Positions 1 through 11,056 of a stretch of 36,641 nucleotides of DNA are shown piece after piece. The stretch covers positions 47,616,881 through 47,653,521 of the forward strand of contig JANKJI020000004.1 of assembly GCA_024626585.2 (NCBI GenBank). The letters are read 5' to 3'. How positions within the stretch are numbered: position 1 is the stretch's first letter; every line of letters begins with the position of its first letter. Source of the stretch: Ginkgo biloba. Taxonomy: Eukaryota; Plantae; Ginkgophyta. A model generated the notes under the pieces. The model was not told where the DNA came from and did not search any database. It was given only the letters and a program-made list of their open reading frames with translations. The translations under genes were made by a program, and so were the position numbers.

Positions 1-59
1 TATTAAAGGCAATTGGAAAAAGGAGTAGAATATGCATTCATACAGTAATATCACACATA

Positions 60-1100
60 AATACAAAAGAGGAGAGGAAGATGGAACTAGGGTTATGGAG
101 AGTTAATTCAACAAATGCAAGATTTTAGATTATAACATTTTTCATTAAGAAATATGCATCCCCTTAATATGTATCATTACACTCCTTGTGGACCTCATGG
201 TTTTTCATATTTACATATACATAATTCTCTTGATCATAGTTACTTATATAGACCTCCCTATCCTATATAACCATAGTATTATCCTCATAGGAAACCTAAT
301 CTTGAAAATCATTATACTCCTCCATATAGATATCTTTCCTATGGAGAGAAAACATTTATAGATCCTAACAACCAATATAATTTTCCTCTATATTTTTCTA
401 TCTCTTCATAGAATTTATCTACTCTAGGATTATAACTAATTGGACCTACGGAATCAAATTCCCCTTAAGTTATGACCAAATCTCTACTATTATTATTAGC
501 TGCCCAAGTTGATCCAAATTCTGTAAGAAATCCAAAGTAATGATATGTCTTATATGCCATTTATATTGATGAAAATCCTAATGGTTAACCACTCCTCAAC
601 TTGTTATTATGCACCATTATTTTCATATTCTAATGTGTTTTTATGCTATAATGAACTTATATTCAAGGAGGAACATTGAAGGATTACTAATTAAGTAATC
701 AAAGAAGAATAGAATTGTCATCATTAAGGAGTATAAAGAGGTTGTGGATAAAAGATAAGACCCTCCTTCCATTTTTTATCTAGTCCTTATATAATTAAAG
801 GTTAATGTATTATTCTTGTAGCATATAAAGAAACTAAGATAATTAAAATATGACTATCAATAGAAATTTGCTGACAAATTATATATATTCTCATTAGGAT
901 TCCACTAACTCAATTTCTTAAGGATATACCTATTATTCATAAGATGTTTATAAACTAAACTTTGAATACAATAATACATTAAAGGATTTGGAAAAAAATA
1001 AATTTATTGGAGCTACATCAAATATCGCTTTTAGAAAAGAAGATGTTTAGAAATAAAGTACTCTATTGGTAGATTTATTAATTACCAACATTATAATCCT
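60..1100 (+). pseudogene. Highly degenerate Ty3/gypsy (Athila/Tat-like) gag C-terminal or gag-PR linker fragment
   Basis: A Pro/Tyr-rich translation at about 220-390 and 'LIRIPLTQFLKDIP' at about 890-930 resemble the '(N/K)IPL.E.(I/L)K.(I/V)P' linker motif of non-chromovirus gypsy polyproteins. There are many stops and the call is weak. Confidence 0.3.
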
Positions 1101-1250
1101 AATATTGGTGATTACTTTCACCCCTATCAAAACTTTGATGGCTTTACTCAAACTATTAGTTTAGTCATCTTTTTATTCTACCTTTTTGGTATAGTCCTGT
1201 TCATGTTTGAGCTAATGTGGAAGTTGGAGATGTTATAATATTTTTTTTTA

Positions 1251-1352
1251 AGTACGAGGGGAATCGATAGGTGAAGTCATTTTTCACACCACCGACAATG
1301 GTTTGAAATGGGCCTACCCCTATAAACTGTAGCCATAGGTAAGTGACCCCTC
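1251..1352 (+). repeat. PPT-like purine tract followed by a probable LTR start fragment
   Basis: AGTACGAGGGGGAAT follows a T-run. The downstream 'gtgaagtcatttttcacacc...aatggtttgaaat' resembles 'gtgaaaccattttatcaca...aatggtagagaaaat' in the 19270-19521 repeat. Confidence 0.3.
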
Positions 1353-1356
1353 ATTA

Positions 1357-1529
1357 TCCATATCTATATCCATCAATTATCCATAGATGGTAAATTCAGG
1401 GATATAGATAGATAAATATATCTATATGTTTATCTACCTATATCTATATGTATCTATCTATATCTATATCTATCTATCTATCTATATATATATATATACC
1501 TATATCTATATCTATCTATCTATCTATAT
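1357..1529. repeat. Compound (TATC)/(TA)/(CTATAT) microsatellite running into a gap
   Basis: Directly visible simple repeat. Confidence 0.9.
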
Positions 1530-1631
1530 NNNNNNNNNNNNNNNNNNNNNNNNNNNNNNNNNNNNNNNNNNNNNNNNNNNNNNNNNNNNNNNNNNNNNNN
1601 NNNNNNNNNNNNNNNNNNNNNNNNNNNNNTT

Positions 1632-1815
1632 GGGCATCTTAAGAGGTAATGAAAATCTAAGAAGGTTGATAAAGGAAAGGCACCTGATGCTACTTCTTCC
1701 ATAGAAATGAAGACCTCTGGTGATGAAGTTGGAGATGTATACTTAGAATCTTAAAGTACACACTCATGTCATGATACATGGTTAATCAAATCTAGTGCTT
1801 CTTTTCATATGAATC
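1632..1815 (+). pseudogene. Ty1/copia (Tnt1-like) gag zinc-knuckle end plus aspartic protease start, degenerate
   Basis: Translates as GHLKR**KSKKVDKGKAPDATSSIEMKTSGDEVGDVYLES*STHSCHDTWLIKSSASFHM, matching the copia protease motif WLIDSGASFHM and the GH.K.C knuckle tail. Confidence 0.85.
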
Positions 1816-2696
1816 TAATGAGGGAGCATCCATCTCTCATAGTGTCGGTCGAAGAAAAATTGACAAGTGTTGTCGACAGGAGAATCGACCACGTCGGTAG
1901 AAGCTAAAAAGGCCAGGCACATCGATAGGAGGAAAACTGACATCGTCGGTGAAGACGGGACTCGATAACTATAGGTGAGAAGAGAAGGACATCATTGGTA
2001 GGGATGATCGACGAGCGTTATAATGTAGGCAACCGATGACATTGACAGAGACAGTCAGACCAACATGCAATGGAGGAAAGAGGTGATCATAACACATTGG
2101 TGAGGAGAAAACTAATGACAAATCAATTAGTAAAGGCAGACCGGCATCAAATAGAACTAACGAAAGGCAGGATCAACATGCGTTGGTGAGGTAGATCACA
2201 ATGAATAACAAGGAAAGGGATGTCAATGCCATGACACCGCTATGAACGTTGCAAGCATTTAATGTAGGAGCCATTATAGAGTTATTTCTTCCCTAACCAT
2301 GTCGTTGGGGCCAAGAGAGCTATTATGCGTAAAAATAGAGGATCCATTAGATCCCTGTCTATAAATTAAACTTGCTAGAAGTCATTAAAAAGGAGATGTT
2401 GGAGAGAGCAATGAAGTGCTGTCAAATTGTAGAGTGAGTTGGAGAGCAGCAAGTAGAGATAATCCAAAAGGGAACTCACAGTCTAGTGATGAGAAGGTAG
2501 TTGCTAGAAGAACGAGGTGAGGCTAGGACAAAGGGAATTCTATCTTGATAGCCATGGGGACATAGACTCACCGAGCATATCACTGAGAGGGGCATCTCCT
2601 AGAGTGAGCAGTTTAATTCCAGTGAGATTGCACCATGGGATTGGCATGCATGATTTGATGTGCTGATTATTGTAAAGCCGATAGGCTCATTTGTAA
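1816..2696 (+). mobile_element. LTR, family A (CRM-like), inserted into the copia fragment
   Basis: Starts TAATGAGGGAGCATCC, close to the TGATGCAGGAACATCC start at 5012. A TATA region (ctataaat, about 2358) is shared with 4585-5011(-) and 8411-9371(+). Confidence 0.7.
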
Positions 2697-2796
2697 NNNN
2701 NNNNNNNNNNNNNNNNNNNNNNNNNNNNNNNNNNNNNNNNNNNNNNNNNNNNNNNNNNNNNNNNNNNNNNNNNNNNNNNNNNNNNNNNNNNNNNNN

Positions 2797-3920
2797 AGTA
2801 CTAGGCCTGAGAATCTACTTTATTGGGAACACATCCTCCTAAATATTTGTGAATAACCTTAAAATCATTATAAAATTCTAAATAATTTAGCTCACCATTA
2901 TCTACTATGCCATGGACCCTACACCAATTGGATAAATCCTACTCATACATATTAATTTTAGGGACTCTATCACTGCTAGAAGGTTATTGGTTGTTGCTCT
3001 AGGAAAATTATGCATTTGATATGAGAATACCTTAGTATAGTTATCTTTGCCTCCTACATATCTCTAAAGGATGATAAAATCATTCCCCAACTTCTATACC
3101 ATCCTTTGGATAGCTTCTAACTCATTCTTATTATGGTATTTAGGAGCCATATAAGCATTACTATTCACTAGGATCAAGGAAGAATTAGGACTTTGAGAAG
3201 ATTTAGGGATTTGGTTGTTCGTATGTCCTAATTTCTAATTCATAGCAAGTCATACTAATAAAAATATACTAGTTACTAACACTAGATTAGGTAATGGGGT
3301 ATTCTTACTCATATTGAACCCAATAGGGAGGAGATNNNNNNNNNNNNNNNNNNNNNNNNNNNNNNNNNNNNNNNNNNNCCTCTATATAATCCAATGAAAA
3401 GGTATTTACACATATAACTCTTCTAAGTAATATAATGATCATGGGATCTAAAGCATTCTTATACATCTCTAGATCTAGTGCACTAGTTAACTTATATGCA
3501 GGGGGGATTTGACTATGTACATTTTGGAATATATCATTGAAGGCTCTTATTCGTTCATTTGGTTCCTTCCTCATGGTAGAAAAATATTGGTATAGGATTC
3601 TTTGGTCTATAATTTTCCCAAATTGGGCCAAGAAAGTATTTTCAAAGTCTTTCGAAGAAGTGATGGAGTTAGAAGGTAAATTAAGAAACTAGTCATATGC
3701 AGTGTCCTATAGTGTGAAGGGGAATAATATGTAAGTTACATCCTCATGTTAGATGATGAGTAATATCAAGGCATATTTAAAATATGTGACATGTTACTTA
3801 GCTATCTTACCACCTATTGGGGTGTGAATGGGTAGGTATCTCTTAGGGTTTTTAGGAAGAGGATGTGGTGGTCCTATAATATTCAAAGGAGTCTCCCCTA
3901 GCCAATTTGTAGCCATGTTG
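2797..3920 (-). pseudogene. gag: Ty3/gypsy Tat/Ogre-type gag remnant, copy 1
   Basis: Translates as MATNWLGETPLNIIGPPHP..PKNPKRYLP...HEDVTYILFPFTL...FLNLPSNSITSSKDFENTFLAQFG...MRKEPNERIRAFNDIF (ORF 3305-3631), with a WCRVHG knuckle-like motif near 2920. Confidence 0.75.
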
Positions 3921-4584
3921 TAAAAATCAATTTTTATACTAGTAGGCAAGTTGGGATATGTTCCTAAGATTATTGGTACACCCCTATCAAATATGTGTTT
4001 CCTATAGATTTACAAAGGTTATAACAACAAAATACTATACTCTAAAGTGGAACTAGTTAAAGGACTTATGGTATCTAAAGTGATTAGGTCCTCCTTCTAG
4101 CATTAATTCTCACCTTTTTATGCATTATTTATACAAAGGTTCCAAAAGGGTGATGGGAATAACACCCTCTCATTATGATCTATGTTGGTATTAGGACCCA
4201 AGGTACAAAAAACTCAAGATGTATAGCTNNNNNNNNNNNNNNNNNNNNNNNNNNNNNNNNNNNTTCCAAATAATTAAATATTCATAAATACTTCTATCTA
4301 ACTAATAGGTTTTAAATCTTCTTGAAAAAAAAGTAAAAAGAGAGGAAGGAAGAGTAAGGCGGAAAGGAAGGTCACAATCCTTTTATCTACTTGCAGATCA
4401 ACAAAAATGATGTTGATGATTTTATAATAACTAAACCAAAGTGAATGGAAAGAATAATTAACTAAACTTCACACATAATCTAGGNNNNNNNNNNNNNNNN
4501 NNNNNNNNNNNNNNNNNNNNNNNNNNNNNNNNNNNNNNNNNNNNNNNNNNNNNNNNNNNNNNNNNNNNNNNNNNNNNNNNNNNN

Positions 4585-5011
4585 ACCTCTCTCGGTGGTC
4601 TGCTCGGTGAATCCTTATCCCACGACTAACTTGGCAGAATTCCCTTCGCCTTAGCCTTGCTCTAATCCTTTGGTCAACTCTATACTTATCACTCATTATG
4701 AATTCTCCTCTCCATTACTTCTTCTTAATTGATCTCCAAATTGGTCCTCAATCTGACAACACTTTATTGCTCTCTCTAGAATCTCCCCCAAATGACTCCT
4801 TGTAGGCTATATTTATAGGCATGGATGCAACGGATCCCCTATTCCTGTGTATAATAACTCTCTCTACTTCAAAAGCTCTGTTAGGTGAGCATTAACTCTA
4901 GAATGAATTCATCATTAATGATTGCAATGTTCACAGAAGTGTTCATCTCTATTGATGTCCTTCCCCATGTCTATCTTTGTGTTTGAATCCACCGATGCAA
5001 GTCGATCCTAC
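4585..5011 (-). mobile_element. LTR family A fragment (minus strand), interrupted at 5012
   Basis: The reverse complement aligns to 2168-2530, including 'aggaataggggatccgttgcatccatgcctataaata'. Confidence 0.75.
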
Positions 5012-5896
5012 TGATGCAGGAACATCCAATGCCTACAAGGCCGAGTGGCCAACGACATTGGTGGAAGGGTGTTTAGGTTGACATTAGAGTGGAGAGAATT
5101 GACCATGTCAGTAATTGATAGGACTGACCTCGTCGATGGGAAGTAGCAGACCCATATCTATCGACAGGGTGTGAGTGGACATGCATCAAAGACATTGTTA
5201 CCAGACTTCATCGATGGAGACTGATATTCCTTAGAGATAGCTGGCTAACATCGTTGGCTGGGCAACTCACCGACACCATCGATGGAGGAGGGGAGATGAA
5301 CGACAGTCGGTGGAGCGACTTTGAATCTCATCGGTGAGGACCTGACCAACCTCATTAGTGGTAGACTATGAAATGATGTGAGGTGACCATGTAGAAGCTG
5401 ATTGAGGATAGGGTAGATCGATGAAGGCAAAGACTTGGTTCAGGATAGCAAACCATTACACAAAGACAGACTTAGCAACACACAGTCATTAATGGCAGAA
5501 CTATTATCAGAGTTAATGCTCACCAAATTGGCTCGTTGGAGCTGAGAGAGACGTTTGGAGCAGGAGCAAGTGTCTGTTGAATCTGAAGCTATAAATTTGC
5601 CTCGCAGGAAGTCATTGGGTAGAGGATCGAATTGGTGCAACGAAGTGCTGTCAAAATTTAGAGCGATTGAGGAGGCAAGTGGAGCAGAGCCGAGGAGTGA
5701 GCAGCCAAGAGCAATGGCGCGGCAAGGAGGTTCAGAGCATTCAGCTAGCTGACAGAGATTGCATAGTGGAAATTGAGAGGCTCGAGGCCAACTGGTGAAC
5801 TGTAAAGCCGTTAGGTTGATTGTAATGCCATTGAGCAGTTGTTGTAGGCCGTGGGCCAAGATTCATTGTCGCCAAGGTTGGCTGTGGATGTAAGGG
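5012..5896 (+). mobile_element. LTR of a family-A-related CRM element (relatively CpG-rich)
   Basis: Begins TGATGCAGGAACATCC and has a TATA (ctataaat, about 5589). It shares 'tgtaaagccg.tagg' with 2671 and 'gtaggccgtg.gcca' with 9063. Confidence 0.75.
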
Positions 5897-5996
5897 NNNN
5901 NNNNNNNNNNNNNNNNNNNNNNNNNNNNNNNNNNNNNNNNNNNNNNNNNNNNNNNNNNNNNNNNNNNNNNNNNNNNNNNNNNNNNNNNNNNNNNNN

Positions 5997-6935
5997 CTTG
6001 TCTTCCTCGTGATGCCAATGATACACTCAATGATGGCCTGGTTTCTTTGTTCCTCTACTATTGTCAATCGCTCTAAGAAGGGACCTAACAGAGCCACCAA
6101 GGATGGTATCGACTCCTTCCTCTGTGCACAAAGTGTTTTTGCATTTGAACACGGGCCTTACACGTGGCACAATCTCGCGAGCACGAATCTCGTGTAACTC
6201 ACTAGAGTCGCTTTAAAACTTTCACTTGCTTCGAGAGGGAGATGATATGAGCTCTTGCCACTTGTCACACTCTTGTAGATTTTGAGCTCACTGCTTTTGG
6301 GTGGGTCCTTCCTCCTTGTTACTCTGTGTGCTTGAGAGTACATGCGATTGAGCCACGTGGCGAAATCGTGGAAGCTTTCGAACTTGCAGCCTTTTTTGGT
6401 CTCTCCTTCTGTTCCCTTCACTTGTTCTTCTATGGGCACCTGAGATCTTTCCATATGGAAAGATCTCATAATCTATGAAACCATAAATTTTCGAGGATTT
6501 CCCTTTTTATGTTACTACCTGTGAATCTACGAGTTCCCAAGATTATGCCACTTGGTATAATATTAGGTGTTTTGGCAACCCTTTTCATAATTTATTCAAA
6601 GACTTCAACTTATAATATGGGGGTACATCATGAGATCTTACCAAGTGGCATGATCTCGCAACCCCAATTCCTACGCTATTCACCAAGTGCACTTTCAGTG
6701 TTCCCAATGACTGCAAGGGCATCATGAGATGTCCCCATATGGAATCATCCTATATCCTACATAAATAACCTTACCAAAACCTATGAAAAGAATATTTTAC
6801 ATATATATATAAAGAGAGAGAAAGAGAGGGGAAATAAAAGGGTGCCATGTGGCTAACTCCCATGAAATACAAACTATATCCTTGAGACACTGAGGGATTT
6901 TTAGGCAATTTTACCAGGTTTTTTCTAAAATTTTT
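5997..6935 (+). repeat. Interspersed repeat family C (probable long LTR), G-box-rich
   Basis: Aligns in inverted orientation to 34313-35360 and in direct orientation, more weakly, to about 31400-31860. Confidence 0.7.
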
Positions 6936-6939
6936 GTTC

Positions 6940-8310
6940 TTTGGGAGAATATGAAAATACAAATTATTATAGGATTCTAAGATAATACATAAAGCACTAT
7001 ATAAGGGTGTATTAATATGTAAAGGGAATTTACTCAAATCCAAAGGTTAAAATATACACTCNNNNNNNNNNNNNNNNNNNNNNNNNNNNNNNNNNNNNNN
7101 NNNNNNNNNNNNNNNNNNNNNNNNNNNNNNNNNNNNNNNNNNNNNNNNNNNNNNNNNNNNNAAATATTTATGAATGGCCTAAAAAACATTGTGTAATTCT
7201 AAATAATCTAACTCACCATGGTATACGATATCATGGACCCTACACTAGTTGGATAAGGCATACTCAAAAATATTAATTTTAGGATCTCTACCACTAGTAG
7301 AAGGTTCTTGGTTGTTTATTTTGGGCAGTTGTATATTTAATATGGGAACCCCTTAGTAGAGTTTCCCTAACTCCCTACCTATTTTTGCAAGATAATAAAT
7401 TCATTCCCTAACTTTTGGACCATCATTTGGATTACCTCTAGTTCATTCTTATTATGGTTTTGGAGGGGTACATGAGTATTACCATTCACTAGGATTAAGG
7501 CCACATTAGGTTTATGAATAACTTTAGTGACTTGATTGCTAATCTATCCTAATTTTTTATTTATACCAAGGTATGTTAATGGTAGGATATTAGTTACAAG
7601 CACTAGATTAAGTGGAGGGTATTTTGATTCATATTGAATGCAATAAGAAGTAGTTTTCCCTAGGGACTAAGCTACCTATCTATGTTGATATCTTTTATAA
7701 AATCTAAGAATAAGGTATTAACACCTATAGGCCTTTTAATAAATATCCCGATCATGGGATCTAAATTATTTTGATATATCTCTAAGGTTAGTACATCAAC
7801 TAACTTGTATGTAGGGGTAGTTCCACTATATACCTTCTAGAATATAGCATTGAAGGCTCTTATGGGATCATTTGGTTTCCTCCTTATGGTAGGAACATAT
7901 TGGTACATAGAAATTGGATCTATGACCTACCCAAATTGGGCCAAAAAGGTATTTTTAAAGTATGCCAAGGAGGTTATGGAGTTTGGATATAAATTGAGGA
8001 ACCAATCATATGTAATATCTTAGAGTACGAAGGGGAATAATCAATAGGCTACATCTTCATGTTGGACATCAAGAAGTCTTAGGGAAACTTGAAAGATGTA
8101 ACATATTATTCAATTTTCTTACTAACTACTATAATATAAGTTGATAAATATCTCTTAGGGTTTCTAAGAAGGGGATGTTATGCTCCTATAATGCTTAGAG
8201 GGGTCTCACCTAGCTAATTAGTGGCCATGTTGAATAGAGTGTCATTAGGACTAACAAGTAAGCTTGGTTGTATTTTTGAAATTCTAAGTACACCATTATC
8301 TAATCTGAAT
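6940..8310 (-). pseudogene. gag: Ty3/gypsy Tat/Ogre-type gag remnant, copy 2
   Basis: Colinear with 2797-3990 (for example 'catggaccctacac', 'gatcatgggatctaaa', 'cccaaattgggccaa', 'acatc.tcatgtt'). It has the HEDV motif and the start MATN*LGETPL, and a downstream LSKFPLHINTPLYSAL linker-like segment. Confidence 0.75.
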
Positions 8311-8410
8311 NNNNNNNNNNNNNNNNNNNNNNNNNNNNNNNNNNNNNNNNNNNNNNNNNNNNNNNNNNNNNNNNNNNNNNNNNNNNNNNNNNNNNNNNNN
8401 NNNNNNNNNN

Positions 8411-9371
8411 ATTGACTGACTGACATGTAGTAGAGGAGAGAGGAGAACAAACTGTGTCAGTGAGGGGAAAACTGACAAAGAGGCAGTTAGCAAAGGCAGA
8501 CCGACAAAAGACGAGACTGATGAAGGGCAGGTTAGACTTACGTCGGTGGATCAGAATGCAAAACTAGAAAAGAAAAAGGTGTCGATGAAGAAATACTTTG
8601 GTGGACATTGCAGACAATAAATACGGAAGTTATTACAGAATTAATTCTCATCTAATAGTGCCATTGAGGTAGGAAAGCTGTTGTGCATAGGAATAGGAGA
8701 AGCCATTAGATCTCAGGATATAAATAGAACAAGTAACAAGTCAGTTGGAGAAGAGAAAAAATAGCAACAAAGTATTGTGGGATCATAGACCAAACAGGAG
8801 AAAGCTAAAATAGTGAGTTCAAGTGGAAGTCTCAGTGATAAATAGGCTAACAGCCAAATTGAGGGAAAAAACATGGTTAGGTGAAGGAAACTCCACCAAG
8901 ATAGCCGTGGAGTAGGGATTTAAAGGGCGAAACACAGAGTAAGGCTAATCTGAGGGGTGAGGAAGCCATTTCGGTGTTATTACATCGAGAAATTTGTGTG
9001 TTTATCTTAGAGGAAGAGTGGTGAAACCGCGAGGTTGTCTTGTAACATCGGTGGTCGAATTCGTAGGCCGTGAGCCATATTTAATCTAGTTATTTGGTTG
9101 TGTGTGTATATAAGGGCATTGACCCAATTTTATGAATGCTAATACACTTGGAGTTTTATTCCCCAAGAGGGTTTCTNNNNNNNNNNNNNAGTGTTAGTTA
9201 TTTTCATCGTGGTCGTATCCCTGTTATTCGTTCGCTTGTATTTTTTTTTTGCAAGTGCATAACTATTATTCAGTGTGAGTGGCATTTGGTGTCATAGAAA
9301 AGATCCTGCAGTCAGGTCAGAGGGTGATGAGCCTCTCGTCCCTCGTCTCCTTCTCCACCTGTGCTATGCTA
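8411..9371 (+). mobile_element. 5' LTR, family A (3' part), of a CRM-like element
   Basis: Homologous to 2095-2696, has a TATA (gatataaata, about 8717), and is followed immediately by a PBS. Confidence 0.8.
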
Positions 9372-9372
9372 G

Positions 9373-9384
9373 TGGTATCAGAGC
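9373..9384 (+). promoter_or_regulatory. Primer-binding site complementary to initiator tRNA-Met
   Basis: Exact TGGTATCAGAGC, followed by ATG CCG CCT AAA (MPPK, a gag-like start) at 9422. Confidence 0.9.
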
Positions 9385-9534
9385 ACAGTTCAACATAGAG
9401 AAGAGAAGAAACGACATCAAGATGCCGCCTAAAGNNNNNNNNNNNNNNNNNNNNNNNNNNNNNNNNNNNNNNNNNNNNNNNNNNNNNNNNNNNNNNNNNN
9501 NNNNNNNNNNNNNNNNNNNNNNNNNNNNNNNNNN

Positions 9535-10130
9535 TTGTACATCAAGGTTGGTTGGTTAGATAAGATGAGATGGATCATATAGGTTAACTTATTGGTGGGT
9601 TAGTTTCATCAATCGAGTAGTTGAAGATTAAAGAGTATTTCCAAAACTATGAAGGGAAAGGGTTAGCCAGGGAAGTAGAGAGCCAAAAAGAGAGAAAGAG
9701 AGAAAGACTCATGGGGGAGGAAAGGAGTTATATTAGGAATCACTCTAAGAAGAGTTACAACATTAGTATNNNNNNNNNNNNNNNNNNNNNNNNNATTTTG
9801 TTGGAATGATTATAGAGAAGGATCTTCTTTAGGAAGCACCTTGTGTAATCCTATGGTATAAATTATAATCACCTCTAGTATTTAGAAAGACGTTAAGAAG
9901 GTGATGATATAAATTGATATAATATTTGAATCCTACTAATATACATGGAGTTTTATTCCCCTTGGGGGTTTCTCTAATTGAAAATATCATTTTTATTTTC
10001 CCTTGTGAATGTTTCTATGATTATCATATTCATTTTATCTTCCTTCTATGATCTATGACTATGTCAAGTTATGTTCAAATTGATCCTGTGGGTGAGCTCG
10101 TTACTCAGAGCTCAATTTGGAAGCATCAGC
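9535..10130 (+). mobile_element. 3' half of a CRM-like LTR upstream of gag
   Basis: Shares 'aatatacatggagttttattcccc...gggtttct' with 9140-9176 and is distantly similar to the reverse complement of 26041-26160. Confidence 0.55.
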
Positions 10131-10199
10131 TCACCTAGTTTGTAAAGATCTTATAAGGCAAATGAGTGTTGGTGATCGAATATTTTTAAGTTTTTCATC

Positions 10200-11056
10200 A
10201 CCTATGCGTCCTTCCCTACTCACTCTAGAAGGTAAAATTTATATATACCAAACTAAGAGGACATACAACTATATGGTGGGAGAACCTACATAAAGAGAGA
10301 GTCTGGAAGGGCAAGGAGAAAGTCAAAATATGGGCAAGGATGATTGTGGAGATCGAAGATAAGTTCCTGCCATCGGACTATCAGCAAAGACTATTTAGAG
10401 AATTTTAGAACCTGAGACAAAGGGAGAGAAGTGTATAAGAGTTCATCGATAAATTCTATTGACTATCAGTTCACAAAAACCTAGATGAGGAAGACAAATA
10501 GTTAGTATCTAGCTATGTTAATGATCCAATTTTTTCCATTTAAGATGAGATTACGATGCACCATGTGAGAAGTGTACATGAATCTTATCGACTAACATTC
10601 AAGGTAGAGGAAAAGTTGACTAGAATCTTAAGAAAGAGACCCTTTATTAGGAAAGCAGTAGCATCATCATAGTGACAAGGGAAGAGTATCCAAAAATTAT
10701 AGGAGGAAGGTTGCTTGAGGTATGAGGATGCCCAAAGTTTTGATTATGACACTACATGCCGATCAAGAAGAGAAACTAATGCTAATCACCATAAAAGGTT
10801 GGATAGAGCTTTGCATGCACGTAGGAGACCTATAAAATGCTATAGATGCGGTGAAGGAGGCCACATATAATTTGAGTGTCCAAGGTAGAATGAGAGAAGA
10901 CCACAACCAAAGGAAGGTAATACTAATTTGGATCAACATGGAGTAAAGGAATTTTGAGGCACTAGGATTGAGATCGACTGAACATAGAGGAATGGAAGGA
11001 TTTTGAAGTAGAGTGTTCATAGGAGGCCCTGCATCTTCTTATAAGCAAGGGTGGAA
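10200..11056 (+). pseudogene. gag: CRM-clade gag with zinc knuckle joined directly to an integrase/chromodomain tail and PPT (gag-only derivative, copy 1)
   Basis: Translates as KFLPSDYQQRLFREF*NLRQRERSV*EFIDKFY...*DEITMHHVRSVHESYRLTFKVEEKL and CYRCGEGGHI*FECP (about 10838-10882), with PPT AAGGGTGGAA at 11047-11056. There is no gap between gag and the PPT. Confidence 0.85.

Noticed and set aside
1426-1704. Tyr/Ile-rich ORFs
   Set aside because: They are translations of a microsatellite plus a gap.
1840-2200. CRISPR-like array (periodic palindromic repeats)
   Set aside because: The units are short and degenerate with spacers of about 10 bp inside a eukaryotic LTR, and there are no cas genes.
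5245-5859. ORFs of 61-139 aa in a GC-richer segment as a host gene
   Set aside because: They lie within an LTR, show no recognisable domain, and are explained by locally higher GC.
10100-10130. PBS for the gag-only element (GTTACTCAGAGC)
   Set aside because: It is too degenerate relative to TGGTATCAGAGC to call.
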